Assembly (NCBI GenBank): GCA_965219995.1
Contig: CBDCOX010000002.1
Coordinates: forward strand, 2,560,001 to 2,624,000
Source of the DNA: Candidatus Latescibacterota bacterium
GTDB lineage: Bacteria; Latescibacterota; UBA2968; GCA-2709665
Direction of reading: 5' to 3'
DNA: 64,000 bases
The notes under the pieces are model-generated. The model worked only from the letters and a program-made list of their open reading frames with translations. It was not told the origin of the DNA and searched no databases. The first letter of the stretch is position 1. The number at the start of each line of letters is the position of its first letter. Of the stretch, positions 48,332-58,875 are shown in pieces. The position numbers and the translations under genes were made by a program.

Positions 48332-49261
48332 TCAACGCACGGGGGGTTGGGCCACGGAATCAATCTCTTCAACCCAGATGGTGGATCGGGAGATGAACAG
48401 ACGGTGCTTGCGGCCGTGTTTTGTAGGCAGGGAAACGGGCTTGTCCTGCAGGGAGAGGGAGATGGCTGCGGGGTCTTCAATTTCCACACGGAACCGATCG
48501 CGTGCGGTCCACTGGAGGCTGGTACCGGAGAGCAGGCGATCTGCAAAGGTGGAATCGCCGTCGCTGAAGACGCTCATGCGGGTGTCCACCAGCGCACGTG
48601 CGGAAAGGATGATCTCGTCTTCCCAGATACCCGAATACTGCTGGGGAAGCGAATACGACGAAACCACCTTTTCGCCGCGTGGGGAGTTCCCGGTACTGTC
48701 CGGTTCCAGTGGCGGAGCCGAAACGGATTCCGGGTTCGCTGCGGCCATTTGGACGTCGATCGTTTCACGGGGGATCACGGGCTCAGGCGCCGTTGACGTA
48801 TCCGGAGCGGATGTCGTCGACTGGTTGACGTTCCCCGACATCGGCGTTTCCGTCGCGACGGGTGGCGGGGACGTCGAGTCCTGCCTCAGGAAAACGAACG
48901 CGATTACGACGACGAGCGCCAGCACGCAAAGAATCCCCAGGATGCGCCCGAAAGGCAGGGAACGATCGCGCGGGTGGCGTGCAACGAACTGATTGGATTC
49001 CGGAGAGGGCCTGATTTTATCGTATTTATTCAGAGTTTCATCGACATCGAGACCGACTTCCTGCGCGTACTTTTTGATGAATAGCCGAACATATATATCC
49101 GGAAGAATGGCGTAGTTGCCGGTTTCGATGGCCCGGAGATACTCCGGGTTGATCCGCGTCCGTTCGAACAATTCTTCGAGGGACATCCCGCTGGCTTCAC
49201 GATGTGCCCGCAACTCTGAAGCGAATTCCCGCATTAAAGGCTCCGAAATCAGTCCTTGCAT
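48332..49261 (-). CDS. RodZ-like HTH-TM-DUF4115 protein (alternative start 49234)
   Basis: N-terminal HTH (TRINPEYLRAIETG...YVRLFIKKYA), single TM helix, Pro/Thr linker, C-terminal beta domain. Confidence 0.8.
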   Translation of the reverse strand: MQGLISEPLMREFASELRAHREASGMSLEELFERTRINPEYLRAIETGNYAILPDIYVRLFIKKYAQEVGLDVDETLNKYDKIRPSPESNQFVARHPRDRSLPFGRILGILCVLALVVVIAFVFLRQDSTSPPPVATETPMSGNVNQSTTSAPDTSTAPEPVIPRETIDVQMAAANPESVSAPPLEPDSTGNSPRGEKVVSSYSLPQQYSGIWEDEIILSARALVDTRMSVFSDGDSTFADRLLSGTSLQWTARDRFRVEIEDPAAISLSLQDKPVSLPTKHGRKHRLFISRSTIWVEEIDSVAQPPVR

Positions 49262-49854
49262 TGCCCGTCGGCAACCGTCAACGTCGACCCGCCCACCAAG
49301 CGTTCGAGGAGTGAGCAGAAGAGCGAAAGCGGCAACCCCACCACATTGTAGAAACAGCCGGAGATGGAGTGAACGAACGCCGCCGCCCTGCCCTGAACCG
49401 CGTACCCGCCGGCCTTGTCCATGGGTTCCCGCGTTTGAACGTACTGCCGGATTTCCCCGGGTGTGATCGGTCTCATGGAGACATCCGTGACAGCCACGTC
49501 GTGGATTGAACGGCCGGACCCGGTATCGATCAACGCCAGGCCGGTATACACGCGGTGCGTCTTTCCGGAGAGTCTGCCCAGCATTTGTACCGCTTCGTCT
49601 TCCCCTGCCGGCTTTTCAAGAATGTCGCCTTCCAGCACGACAACGGTGTCGGCAGCAAGGACGATTTCCTCGCGAAAACTGGCGGCGACCGCCCGCGCCT
49701 TCCGGCTGGCAATTTCGCGGACGTATTCTGCGGGTGGAATCGATCTGTCCAGGTCTTCCGAAACATGGCTCGGCACAACGTCAAAGGACATGCCGAGAAG
49801 ACGCAGAAGGTCGGACCGCCTCGGTGATGCTGAGGCCAGGATGAGCTTTTTCAT
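49249..49854 (-). CDS. maf: Maf-family nucleoside triphosphate pyrophosphatase
   Basis: LILASASPRR, AADTVV, ILEKP, DKAGGY, NVVGLP. Confidence 0.95.
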   Translation of the reverse strand: MKKLILASASPRRSDLLRLLGMSFDVVPSHVSEDLDRSIPPAEYVREIASRKARAVAASFREEIVLAADTVVVLEGDILEKPAGEDEAVQMLGRLSGKTHRVYTGLALIDTGSGRSIHDVAVTDVSMRPITPGEIRQYVQTREPMDKAGGYAVQGRAAAFVHSISGCFYNVVGLPLSLFCSLLERLVGGSTLTVADGQCKD

Positions 49855-49905
49855 GGTGGGAAGGGTATTGCCCGGTTCGGCCGCGCGACAGCGACGTCCC
49901 GCATC

Positions 49906-50343
49906 TCAGGTCTCTATCATGAGGGTAACGGGGCCGTCGTTGTGAATCTCAACCTGCATGTTGGCGCCGAACTGCCCCGTGCGTACGGACACGCCCCGGC
50001 TGCGCAGCGCTTCCACGAAATCGTTATAATACGCCTCGGCCATCTCGGGTGGGGCCGCGCCGGAATAGCCGGGGCGGCGGCCCTTCCGGGTATCTCCATA
50101 GAGCGTGAACTGCGAGACAACCAGTGCCTGCCCTCCGACGTCGACGAGGGAACGGTTCATCTTTCCCTGCTCGTCTCCGAATACTCGAAGGTGGATGCAC
50201 TTATCGGCCAAATACTGAACGTTGTCGGGGGTGTCCTGCCGACCGACGCCCAGGAGAATCAGCATCCCCCGGCCAATTTCGGCGCTGAGCTGCCCGTTTA
50301 TGGACACCGCGGAACGGCCGACCCGTTGTACAAGCGCGCGCAC
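49906..50343 (-). CDS. dtd: D-aminoacyl-tRNA deacylase
   Basis: RALVQRV, VSQFTL, NDGPVT. Confidence 0.97.
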   Translation of the reverse strand: MRALVQRVGRSAVSINGQLSAEIGRGMLILLGVGRQDTPDNVQYLADKCIHLRVFGDEQGKMNRSLVDVGGQALVVSQFTLYGDTRKGRRPGYSGAAPPEMAEAYYNDFVEALRSRGVSVRTGQFGANMQVEIHNDGPVTLMIET

Positions 50344-50514
50344 CCTGGTTCCCGGAAATCGAAAAACGCCACCATCAGGCGGGTTGCGTGGAAAAATCGC
50401 GGCACGCGGCGCAAGCCGTCATGCCAATGTCCAATTTAGCCGATTCACGAGGTCGAAGCAAGGGAAAGAACACGCGGGACGGCGCGGCCGGACCCGGTTC
50501 CCTGACCGCCGTAC

Positions 50515-52887
50515 TCACAGCCCGAAGCCGCCCCGCCGATGTTCCAGTTTGATCTGGGGGAAATCCTTTATATTGACCTTGAAATGGAATCCCTTGTTGA
50601 AGCCCGTGGGATACCAGCTGAACGTGGCCTGCCAGCAGTGAAGGTCTCTGTAGACATAGATGGACTGAGAGATGAGCCGGGTGTTTATCGGATCGAAGTT
50701 GACGGAGTAGTTGACGCGCCAGGCGCGCGTGGGATTCAGGGCCAGATCTGCCTTTACCCATGAGCGCTTCGTGGATCCGAAGCCCGCCACAAGAGACTCC
50801 CGATGGCTGAAATAGTGTCCCAGGTTGAAATGCCACGGTTGTGTGACGTCGCCGAAGTCTCTGTAGATGTCGTCTTCAAAGTTGAAGCCCGTACCGGCAG
50901 AGGGCAGCATGGTTCTGTGGGTTCGGAGCGGATCGGATCCGCGATCGGTCCTGCCGCTGAAGCGAAGGCTGGTGTTGACGGTGAGGCTGCGCAGTCGCGG
51001 GCGATGCAGGTTCAGACGGTCGGCCGCGTCGTAGAACGTGTGGGACATATTGAGCCGAACGTCGATCCGGCGGGCGGGCTTTATCGAAGCTGACGTGCGC
51101 AGATCGCGCCATCGACGCATCGGGTTGGTGTCGAAGTCGTATCCTGTAGAGAAGCTGGCAGTGGCGAATGTGGACCTCCGCACTTTGTCGTCCACCTCGG
51201 TCTTGATTTCGATTGTGTTGTTGAGCCGCATATTGAGGGTTCGCCTGGGGTCGTTCCAGTCGCGGCGGCCGTGAAAGCCCAGAGTAGCGCCCTCGACCCT
51301 CGCGCTTTGGGAATACCTGAAGTCGACCTGGGGCTGAAACCGGTGCCGGATACCCCTGAGCCGCCCAACGTGCGGTTTGAAGATGCCATACAGTGCGGTA
51401 CCGGCGGCGAGACTGGCGTTGTAGGATTCCCGGCGCGTGCGCGCATCCCGGTTCAGACGCGAGGAGGACTGACTGACGTTGACTCGATGAGCGAGATCCA
51501 GCCATCCGAATGGGCGGTGCTGGCTGCTGAGCCCGAAGCGGGAGTTGAGCGCCAGATTGTGCGTGTTGTCCGACTCGTCCTCGTTTCGTGTGAAGGCGTT
51601 CGTGAGGCCGCCGGAAAGGTCGTAGTAAAACGCGTGGTACCATTGGGCTTCGTTCGTTTTTTCAGGCTGGCCGAAAACACGCCGCCTTCCCTGGCGGAAC
51701 GACAGGCGGGGAAATCCCTGATACCGGTTCTGGTTCTGGTCGAGGTCCCGGTAGTAGTTGAGATTGAAATCCATGCTTCTCCGGGCTTCCGTCCAGCGCT
51801 TGTCCATGGAAAAAGACGACCTGAGTTGTCGATTCAGATATCGATAGAGGTTGTTGGAATTGTGACGGTCGAAACTGGAGCTGTTCGTAAAGTCCCCCCT
51901 GGCCCTCATGTTGAGCGTGGGGTTCAGGCGGTGTTGATGGTGGAAGTTCAATCGCCAGGCCCGGTGCGAATCACCCGACGGCCGACGGCCCCTCTCAAGG
52001 GAAAAATTCATATATCCGCTGAGTCGTCGACGCACGGCGTAGTCGATGCCCGTGTCAAAGAGGAACCCGTTGTGCTCGCGCAGGGCCGTCTTCAATGTAG
52101 CGTCCCAATAGTCGCTGGGCGCCCAATAGTAGCCGACATTGCTTACGGTGATTCCGTCGCGGCTGTTGCTGCCGATACGTGGGGTCAGAATTCCGGAACG
52201 CCTGCCCTGCGTGAGCGGAAAGACGTAGAACGGAAGCCACATTATCGGGACCGGACCGACGCGAAAGGTAACCGAGCGTGCAATGGCCTTGTCGTTCTCA
52301 ACCACCTTCAGCGCCTGGCACAGAAAGTCGTAGTGGGTGTGGTCCTTGTCGCAGGAGGACATGGAAATTGTACGGGCGTGAAGTTCACGCTGGCGATCGA
52401 GGAGGATCTGCTCGCCCCGATAATATCGACGCCGGTGACGCGCCCGGCCCCCCTGCACCCGGCCGCGGCCGGTCTCCAGGTTGTAGACCATCGACGAACC
52501 GGTGAACCGTTCTCTGCCGCGGACGAACTCGGGCATTCCAATGGTTTTCGCCCCGGAAGAATCCGGCAGAGCCTCGGCCTCCAGGCGCTTCGCTTCCCGG
52601 TACAGGACGATACGACCGGCCCGCAGTTCCACGTCTCTATATTTGAGGACGACGTTCCCCGTGAAGACGACGCGACCCGCCGCAACGTCGTCCTCAATCC
52701 GGTCCGCCGAATACTCGTAGAGCATCGAGTCCATCGCGGTTGCCGCCGGACGGAAGAGAAAGGGCCCGGGCGCCGTCCGCGCAATCGTCGTACTGACCAG
52801 AAACGGCGCCAGGAAGAGAAGCGCGCCGGAAGCGCGGCGGATCGCCTTCCAGCGAGCGGTTGCAGGATGTAGCTGATGCGAGTTCAT
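50515..52887 (-). CDS. lptD: LPS-assembly protein LptD (FCB-type)
   Basis: OstA-like N-domain, SSCD, RRSGILTP, GYYW, beta-barrel strands, RDLHCW near the C-terminus. Confidence 0.85.
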   Translation of the reverse strand: MNSHQLHPATARWKAIRRASGALLFLAPFLVSTTIARTAPGPFLFRPAATAMDSMLYEYSADRIEDDVAAGRVVFTGNVVLKYRDVELRAGRIVLYREAKRLEAEALPDSSGAKTIGMPEFVRGRERFTGSSMVYNLETGRGRVQGGRARHRRRYYRGEQILLDRQRELHARTISMSSCDKDHTHYDFLCQALKVVENDKAIARSVTFRVGPVPIMWLPFYVFPLTQGRRSGILTPRIGSNSRDGITVSNVGYYWAPSDYWDATLKTALREHNGFLFDTGIDYAVRRRLSGYMNFSLERGRRPSGDSHRAWRLNFHHQHRLNPTLNMRARGDFTNSSSFDRHNSNNLYRYLNRQLRSSFSMDKRWTEARRSMDFNLNYYRDLDQNQNRYQGFPRLSFRQGRRRVFGQPEKTNEAQWYHAFYYDLSGGLTNAFTRNEDESDNTHNLALNSRFGLSSQHRPFGWLDLAHRVNVSQSSSRLNRDARTRRESYNASLAAGTALYGIFKPHVGRLRGIRHRFQPQVDFRYSQSARVEGATLGFHGRRDWNDPRRTLNMRLNNTIEIKTEVDDKVRRSTFATASFSTGYDFDTNPMRRWRDLRTSASIKPARRIDVRLNMSHTFYDAADRLNLHRPRLRSLTVNTSLRFSGRTDRGSDPLRTHRTMLPSAGTGFNFEDDIYRDFGDVTQPWHFNLGHYFSHRESLVAGFGSTKRSWVKADLALNPTRAWRVNYSVNFDPINTRLISQSIYVYRDLHCWQATFSWYPTGFNKGFHFKVNIKDFPQIKLEHRRGGFGL

Positions 52888-52941
52888 ATTCTCAAGGCGC
52901 CGGACGGGAACGACACCGCGTTCAGGAGAAGACGATAGCGG

Positions 52942-52971
52942 TTGACTTTTTTGTGGTTTTCACGTTATTAT
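52942..52971 (+). promoter_or_regulatory. Probable sigma70 promoter for tRNA-Leu
   Basis: TTGACT-18 nt-TATTAT. Confidence 0.5.
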
Positions 52972-53053
52972 AGTCGGTTGCTCTATAGTACGACATCTTT
53001 TCGAGATGATTGGCAGTGCGGATGATTTCGAGGGGTAACGCACTGTAATTCAT

Positions 53054-53139
53054 GCGGAAGTGGTGGAATTGGCAGACACGTCAGATTTAGGATCTGGTGG
53101 GCATTGCCCGTGGGGGTTCGAATCCCCCCTTCCGCACCA
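53054..53139 (+). tRNA. tRNA-Leu (anticodon TAG)
   Basis: GCGGAAG/CTTCCGC acceptor stem, TCAGA-TTTAGGA-TCTGG anticodon arm, long variable arm, GTTCGAATC T-loop, encoded CCA. Confidence 0.97.
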
Positions 53140-53325
53140 TTGTTAAAGCCGGTCGCCGGGCTCCGAAGCCTCGGGCCGTGCGCTGCTGCACTTCTGGCGC
53201 ACGGCTTTTCCATTTTACAGACGGGAGGCGGACCTGCCCGCAGCACCGGATGATTTTATCAATATTCCGTTTTTCGGAAAGTGAGTCAAGCCGAATTCCG
53301 GAAATTCGAATCCCGGGGAGCGACG

Positions 53326-54612
53326 ATGGATCAGCTTGCATTCTTGACCGAGGAAAAAATCCGTGAGATCGGGCGCCGGTTCGACACGCCTGTCTTCGTC
53401 TACGACCAGGCGACTTTGGAGGCCCGGGCGAGGGACGTGCTGGATTTTCCGCATGCCTTTGGATTGACCGCCAGGTACGCAATGAAGGCGTTACCGACAG
53501 CGGCCGTTGTGCGGATTCTCAACCGGGCGGGGTTGCACATCGATGCCAGCAGCGGGTTCGAAGTGGAGCGGGCCATGCGGGCCGGCGTACCTCCCGAGCA
53601 GATCCAGCTTACCGCTCAGCGGACGCCCGGAAATCTGGAGAGCCTGGTGAGACAGGGCGTCAGATTCAATGCCTGTTCTCTGCAGCAGCTAAGGGATTAC
53701 GGGGAACTGTTTCCTGGATGTTCCCTGACCGTACGAATGAACCCCGGTCTTGGATCGGGCCATAGCAAGAAAACCAATGTGGGCGGTCCGTCCGCCAGTT
53801 TCGGAATCTGGCACGAGCATCTGGATGATCTGCTGGCAATCGCCCGGGCGTGCAACTTGAGGATTTCGAGTATGCATACCCACATCGGTTCGGGCAACGA
53901 TCCCGAGGTCTGGGAACACTGCGCGATGATTTCTCTGCGCATCGCTGCCAGGCTGCCGGAGGTGGAAGTGCTCAGCCTGGGAGGCGGATTCAAGGTGGGA
54001 CGTATGCCAGGGGAGGCGTCTACCGACCTGAAGCGGATCGGGACGCATGTTATGGAGGCGTTTCGGGCCTTTCGAGGCGAGCATGGGCGCAGGCTTCGGC
54101 TGGAGGTCGAACCCGGCACCTTCCTGGTAGCCAATGCGGGAGTGCTGATCTGTTCGGTGATCGATTGTGTCGATACGGGCAGGGACGGGTACGAGTTCCT
54201 GAAGGTCGATGCCGGTATGACCGAGCTATTGCGAATCAGCCTCTACGGTGCGCAGCACCCGATCATGACCGTTCCCGCGCGGCCGGGGTCGCGGCGCCAG
54301 AGAGAATACCTGGTTGCGGGACATTGCTGCGAGAGCGGGGATGTGCTGACGCCGGCCCCTGGAGATCCCGAGGGATTGCGGCCCCGGCTGCTCGCCGAAG
54401 CCGGCATTGGCGATTTGCTGGCGGTGGGCGGGTCCGGCGCGTACTGTTCCGGCATGGCGTCGAAGAATTACAATTCGTTTCCCGAGGCCGCAGAGGTTCT
54501 GCAGGCTTCCGACGGCACGCTGCACCTGATTCGGAAACGACAAACGCTTGAGCAGATCACGGCGAACGAGGTGATGCCGGACCTGCCGGATACCGGGCCC
54601 GGCCGTTTCTGA
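53326..54612 (+). CDS. lysA: Diaminopimelate decarboxylase
   Basis: TPVFVYD, RYAMKA (PLP Lys), HTHIGSG, LGGGF, EPG, GHCCESGD, GAYC...NYNS. Confidence 0.88.
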   Translation: MDQLAFLTEEKIREIGRRFDTPVFVYDQATLEARARDVLDFPHAFGLTARYAMKALPTAAVVRILNRAGLHIDASSGFEVERAMRAGVPPEQIQLTAQRTPGNLESLVRQGVRFNACSLQQLRDYGELFPGCSLTVRMNPGLGSGHSKKTNVGGPSASFGIWHEHLDDLLAIARACNLRISSMHTHIGSGNDPEVWEHCAMISLRIAARLPEVEVLSLGGGFKVGRMPGEASTDLKRIGTHVMEAFRAFRGEHGRRLRLEVEPGTFLVANAGVLICSVIDCVDTGRDGYEFLKVDAGMTELLRISLYGAQHPIMTVPARPGSRRQREYLVAGHCCESGDVLTPAPGDPEGLRPRLLAEAGIGDLLAVGGSGAYCSGMASKNYNSFPEAAEVLQASDGTLHLIRKRQTLEQITANEVMPDLPDTGPGRF

Positions 54613-54750
54613 ACGCGTCACGTTTCTCAACCCAGGCGCGTTCCCCAGAGAAGACTGCCTGCCGAATTTCCTCCGACCCGCGTGCGGACAATCCACTCCC
54701 ATCGTCGGCGGCTACTGCCCTTCAGGGAACGAAAGTGCATCCGTGATTTC

Positions 54751-56613
54751 CTACGCTTCCGGGACCCTGTAGCTGTAAACGTGGGACCCGCTGCCGAAAT
54801 AGATGCGGCCGTTGAGGATGTCTCCTCCCGGACCGATGGGCACGGGCGATTCCGCCAGCATCCGGATGGCGTATGTATCGGTTTCCACGACGGCGACACC
54901 CTTCGTGAAGAGGATGTAAACGGCGCCGTCCGGCGCGGTGACGAACACCCTCGGACCCTGCTGGGACGTTGTGGGTCCGAACTCGGATTCGAGCTCCTCC
55001 TGGTGGACCACCCTCCTGTCTCCGGGATCGAAGACGAAAAAGCGCCTGCGATTGACGATGCCGTAGACGACGCCATGCGGCCCCGAACACAGGTCGGTAT
55101 ACCCCTGCACGCCGGGGAACACCGCGGCGTGCCAGTCGAGCCGCTTCGTTTCCATGTCCATGATGTAGAGTTCCGCTTCGCGGGCTTTCTGTTCGCCGCC
55201 CGTACCGGCGCTGGTCGTGGTGCCCCCGAGTAGTTTGCCGCCGGGCAGAGGCACCAGGCTCATTGTGGATTGGTCGGGCAGGACGTCGGTATGCTCGAGC
55301 AGGGTGTGCTTGCGGGTCTGCCTGTCCCAGAACAGCATCCCGCCGCCTGTCAGCCCGTAACCGGGGGTACCGGCAAGCACGACGGTTCTGCCGTTCGGAT
55401 GAGCAAGCAGCATGTGAGGCCGGTTGATCACCTCATGGCATTCGAATAGCAGATCCGGGTTGCAGCCGGTTTTGCCACGCTCGGTGTGTACCCACGGTCT
55501 GGCCGGGTCCCACTCTTCAAGCAGTCCGTGGGTGTATGCGCCAATGAAGAACATGCCACCTTCTCTGGCGACGGTATTCCACTGCCCCAGTGCCGGTCGA
55601 TTCGTCCAGGTATCGTCTTCCGGATTGAAGCTGAAGAAGTGCATGGGAAAGGCGGTGCCCCCGCAGACGGTATTGTCGGGAGCCGTTGCCACGCCCATAA
55701 TGTGGGCGCCTTCGCTCGAATAGTCGAATGAAACCCGGCGGGTTTCCCCGGAACGGGGATCCTCCACGTCCAGAGTACGGTCGACCAGGCTGCATGCGAC
55801 CATACGCCTGCCGTCGGGGAAATCGGTGTGGAAGAGGCCCTGGCTGCCGGCGATGATGGGTTTCTCACGTCTGTTCTCGATCTTGCCGACGTCCGTTCTC
55901 ACACCTCGATACAGCTCCATCCACCCATCTTCCGATCCGCCGCTTGTGTGCCCGTAGACCTTACCGTTCAGGTCACGATACACCGGCGCGTGGGCCTGGC
56001 TTCGCTCGCTTTCTACAAGGAGGGGTTCCGCCTTTCCGGTATCCGGATCCAGGGAAATGATCTGACTGGCGGTGCTGCCAATTCCGAAATAGACCCAACC
56101 GGTATCGTCGGCTGCGATGGCCCGGGGATACTGACGCCAGTTCTGGTCGTAGAGGTTGCCGTAGTCGCGAAACTCGCCGGTCCGCGGGTTGTAGGATGCC
56201 ACCGCGCTGTTCGGATACGTTCCGGACCAGATGCGGCCGTCGTCGTCCTCGGTCATGCTCATGGCCATCTGCGGCACGGTCTTGTGATGGAAGGTGAATG
56301 TGCGCTTTTCGGGGTCGAATTCCACAAAGTGGCTGTTGAAGTGGGTGTAGTACCTGTTGCGGTTGGACAGGATGGCCGCAAAGGGACCGTCGCCGCCCGG
56401 CGGATACGGCATGGGGAATTCTTCGCTCTTGCCGGTTTCCGCATCGATCATGAGGAGTGCGTATCCGCCGCGGTGGTCGTAGAGCCAGATCAGAACGACA
56501 TTACGCCCCTCGCCGTCCACCGTTACGGCCGTGCCGCGATGGTTGCTGATCGGTGTGGCCACGCCGTGATGAAAAAAGCCGTTTCCCATCGCTTCGGTAA
56601 TGGGACCAGACAT
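54751..56613 (-). CDS. Hypothetical beta-propeller protein
   Basis: GGAGG RBS; repeated blades (DGRIWSGTYP, TGWVYFG, NGKVYG, GRIYFGSG). Confidence 0.7.
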   Translation of the reverse strand: MSGPITEAMGNGFFHHGVATPISNHRGTAVTVDGEGRNVVLIWLYDHRGGYALLMIDAETGKSEEFPMPYPPGGDGPFAAILSNRNRYYTHFNSHFVEFDPEKRTFTFHHKTVPQMAMSMTEDDDGRIWSGTYPNSAVASYNPRTGEFRDYGNLYDQNWRQYPRAIAADDTGWVYFGIGSTASQIISLDPDTGKAEPLLVESERSQAHAPVYRDLNGKVYGHTSGGSEDGWMELYRGVRTDVGKIENRREKPIIAGSQGLFHTDFPDGRRMVACSLVDRTLDVEDPRSGETRRVSFDYSSEGAHIMGVATAPDNTVCGGTAFPMHFFSFNPEDDTWTNRPALGQWNTVAREGGMFFIGAYTHGLLEEWDPARPWVHTERGKTGCNPDLLFECHEVINRPHMLLAHPNGRTVVLAGTPGYGLTGGGMLFWDRQTRKHTLLEHTDVLPDQSTMSLVPLPGGKLLGGTTTSAGTGGEQKAREAELYIMDMETKRLDWHAAVFPGVQGYTDLCSGPHGVVYGIVNRRRFFVFDPGDRRVVHQEELESEFGPTTSQQGPRVFVTAPDGAVYILFTKGVAVVETDTYAIRMLAESPVPIGPGGDILNGRIYFGSGSHVYSYRVPEA

Positions 56614-56862
56614 GGGATTGCCTCCGTTGGGTTTCCGCGCGGGATCGGGGAGCGGATGTTTCAGATGGAAGGATTGATCGATCGGGTCAAATATAACAAC
56701 GGGACACCCGGAGAAAAACCAAAATTGGCGCACGGTTTCTGATGATACCGCGTACGTTTTCGGATTCAGTTTCGGGGTATCCCGGGTTGGTTTCGCAGGG
56801 AGAACGGCGTGCAGATCCCGCAGACGCGGTGGGCCGGCCGGCCCTGGCAGGGAGAGATTACG

Positions 56863-58374
56863 CTATTTGGGATGGGCGGGCGCCGTCATAGGGCAATGCC
56901 AATATGAATGCGCTTCGCAATCGGCAACAGGCCGGGTGGCGCGAGGGCTCTGAGCCGCTGGAATTCCGTGCTCTTGTTCCGGTGCGATCGGCCGGATGTG
57001 CGCAAGGGCGAGCGTCAGCGCGGCTTCAGGATCAGCCGCCGCGAGGAGCCCGCAGGCGAACAAAACGTGATTCCGGTCCAGCAGCAGCCGCGGCTTCCCG
57101 GGTTTCAGCGAGAATGGATCCCCGGAATCCGCGACGGCCGTTTCAAGGATTTCTTCAGGCTTTTCAGATGCGGCCAGAGCGCCGCCCGTACCCACAACGA
57201 CGCCGACGTCGGAAAGGTCTTTGCCCCGCTGGACGACGACCGACCCGTTTGCCGTTGGGACGGCTTCGACCGTTCCTGTATGCCGGCCCACGGCAATGCG
57301 AACCGCCGCGCGGGCGAGGGCGCGGTCGACCTTCCGTTCGTCGCTGTCGCCCGGCAACCGCGCTGCGCAACCGTGAACGGCGCGGACGATTGACTTCACC
57401 CGGCTGGCCGGAAGTCCGGCTGCGGAGGCCAGTGCGTCCAGACCCTCCGCCTCCACGATCGATAACGCGTTTCTTCGCATCCCCAGGTCGCCCTCCACCG
57501 TTCGCTTCGCACGGGGTTCGGGCAACGGGTCGGCCGACACGCTGCCCAGCGTGGACGTACCCGAGCAGATGGAGTGGACGTCGGTCGTCGTTCCGCCCAC
57601 GTCGATCGCCAACAAGGTTCCAACCCCCGGGCGCCGACCGTCGCCGTCCGCCAGCAGTCGCGCACCTTCCAGGACGGCAGCCGGGGTGGGCATCAGCACC
57701 AGATCGAACATTCCCGCCGCGCGATCGATTCCTTTGGTGTGTCCGATGCGATTGATGAAGATTCGACGGATTTCGTCGCGTGCAGGCTCGATATTCAACA
57801 TGCCGTACGACGGCATTACGTTTTCCGCGATGGCAACCGGCTTGCCGGCGGCTGTGAACACGTCGTGAATCGCGGCGGCGGCGGTCCGGTTTCCCGCGAC
57901 CACCACCGGGCAGCAAATCGGAAGGCTCGCCAGCATCCGCGCATTGGCGACGATGATCTCGCTGTTTCCCCCGTCCGTGCCGCCAGCCAGCAGAATGATG
58001 TCCGGCCCGAGGCGGTCGATCCTGTCGACGTCCGCCGCGGTCAGTTCATACGCGAATGTGTCGATCAGCCTGGCGCCGGCCCCCAGGGCCGCCCTGCGCG
58101 CCGCTTCCGCGGTCAATTCCCGAACCAGGCCCACAGCAACAAGACGGAGGCCCCCGGCCGCGCTGCTGCAGGCCAACCGGTAGCGGATGCGCGGCGATTC
58201 CCGAAGACGCCGGCGGAGGTCCATAAACGCCTCGGCATACCCCCGTGTGACGTCGGTGTCTACCGTGGAAGGCGCCTGGCTGGCCGCCAGAAGTCGTCCG
58301 TTGGCCAGATCGACGGCTCTCAGCTTGGTATAGGCATTTCCGAAATCGATGAGCAGTGCGACCGCAGCGCTCAT
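56863..58374 (-). CDS. glmL: Glutamate/methylaspartate mutase accessory protein GlmL (MutL-type, actin-like ATPase)
   Basis: IDFGNAYTK, ACSSAAGGL, LLAGGTDGGN, MPTPAAV, DVGGTTTDVHS, KRTVEGDLGMR. Confidence 0.9.
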   Translation of the reverse strand: MSAAVALLIDFGNAYTKLRAVDLANGRLLAASQAPSTVDTDVTRGYAEAFMDLRRRLRESPRIRYRLACSSAAGGLRLVAVGLVRELTAEAARRAALGAGARLIDTFAYELTAADVDRIDRLGPDIILLAGGTDGGNSEIIVANARMLASLPICCPVVVAGNRTAAAAIHDVFTAAGKPVAIAENVMPSYGMLNIEPARDEIRRIFINRIGHTKGIDRAAGMFDLVLMPTPAAVLEGARLLADGDGRRPGVGTLLAIDVGGTTTDVHSICSGTSTLGSVSADPLPEPRAKRTVEGDLGMRRNALSIVEAEGLDALASAAGLPASRVKSIVRAVHGCAARLPGDSDERKVDRALARAAVRIAVGRHTGTVEAVPTANGSVVVQRGKDLSDVGVVVGTGGALAASEKPEEILETAVADSGDPFSLKPGKPRLLLDRNHVLFACGLLAAADPEAALTLALAHIRPIAPEQEHGIPAAQSPRATRPVADCEAHSYWHCPMTAPAHPK

Positions 58375-58811
58375 GGATGGCCCCTGCGAATTCCGCCGGC
58401 GCGTCCCCGGACGTCGCAATCCAGCGCGGAATTGATGACGTATGCAGGCGTTTCCGGTGGAAACGCACGGTCGAATCCCATGTTCAGGAGACGTACTTCC
58501 ACGTCGCGCCAGTCTTCGTTGCCTTCAAGCAGGTTGCCGCCGACATAGACCAGAATCTCTCCGATGCCCGCTTCGATGCAACGTTCGCGGAAGCCGCGGC
58601 AGTCGAGTCGGCCCTGTGCGTACAGAGAGAAAATAAGGATCGCGTCCGCATTCGTTTCCACAGCCGCGCTGACGAAATCAACCGGCGGAGCGAGGGACGC
58701 CATCGACACGACACGGTATCCCGCCCTTTCCAGAGCGCTGCCGAAACTCCGCGTGTCCGCGGTATGTCGGTCCGATCCGATTGCTGCGATGATCAGTGTT
58801 TTTCGATTCAA
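58371..58811 (-). CDS. Glutamate/methylaspartate mutase S subunit (B12-binding), divergent
   Basis: KTLIIAAIGSDRH, AAVETNADAIL, SLYAQG..DC, YVGGNL, MGFDRAFPP align with clostridial MutS/GlmS. Confidence 0.85.
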   Translation of the reverse strand: MNRKTLIIAAIGSDRHTADTRSFGSALERAGYRVVSMASLAPPVDFVSAAVETNADAILIFSLYAQGRLDCRGFRERCIEAGIGEILVYVGGNLLEGNEDWRDVEVRLLNMGFDRAFPPETPAYVINSALDCDVRGRAGGIRRGHP

Positions 58812-58875
58812 TGGACTGCACCGAACACAACCGGTCGTCTCTTCGTGAAATCAGATTGGTCCGGAGGCGGACGTT

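Noticed and set aside
53054-53139. tRNA-Leu as an island integration site
   Set aside because: No integrase nearby, no duplicated tRNA 3' end seen, and the flanks are housekeeping genes (lptD, lysA).
56930-56969. Possible vestigial glmE start (ACG-GAA-TTC-CAG) inside the glmL tail
   Set aside because: Only a few codons of resemblance and no further GlmE similarity; indistinguishable from chance.
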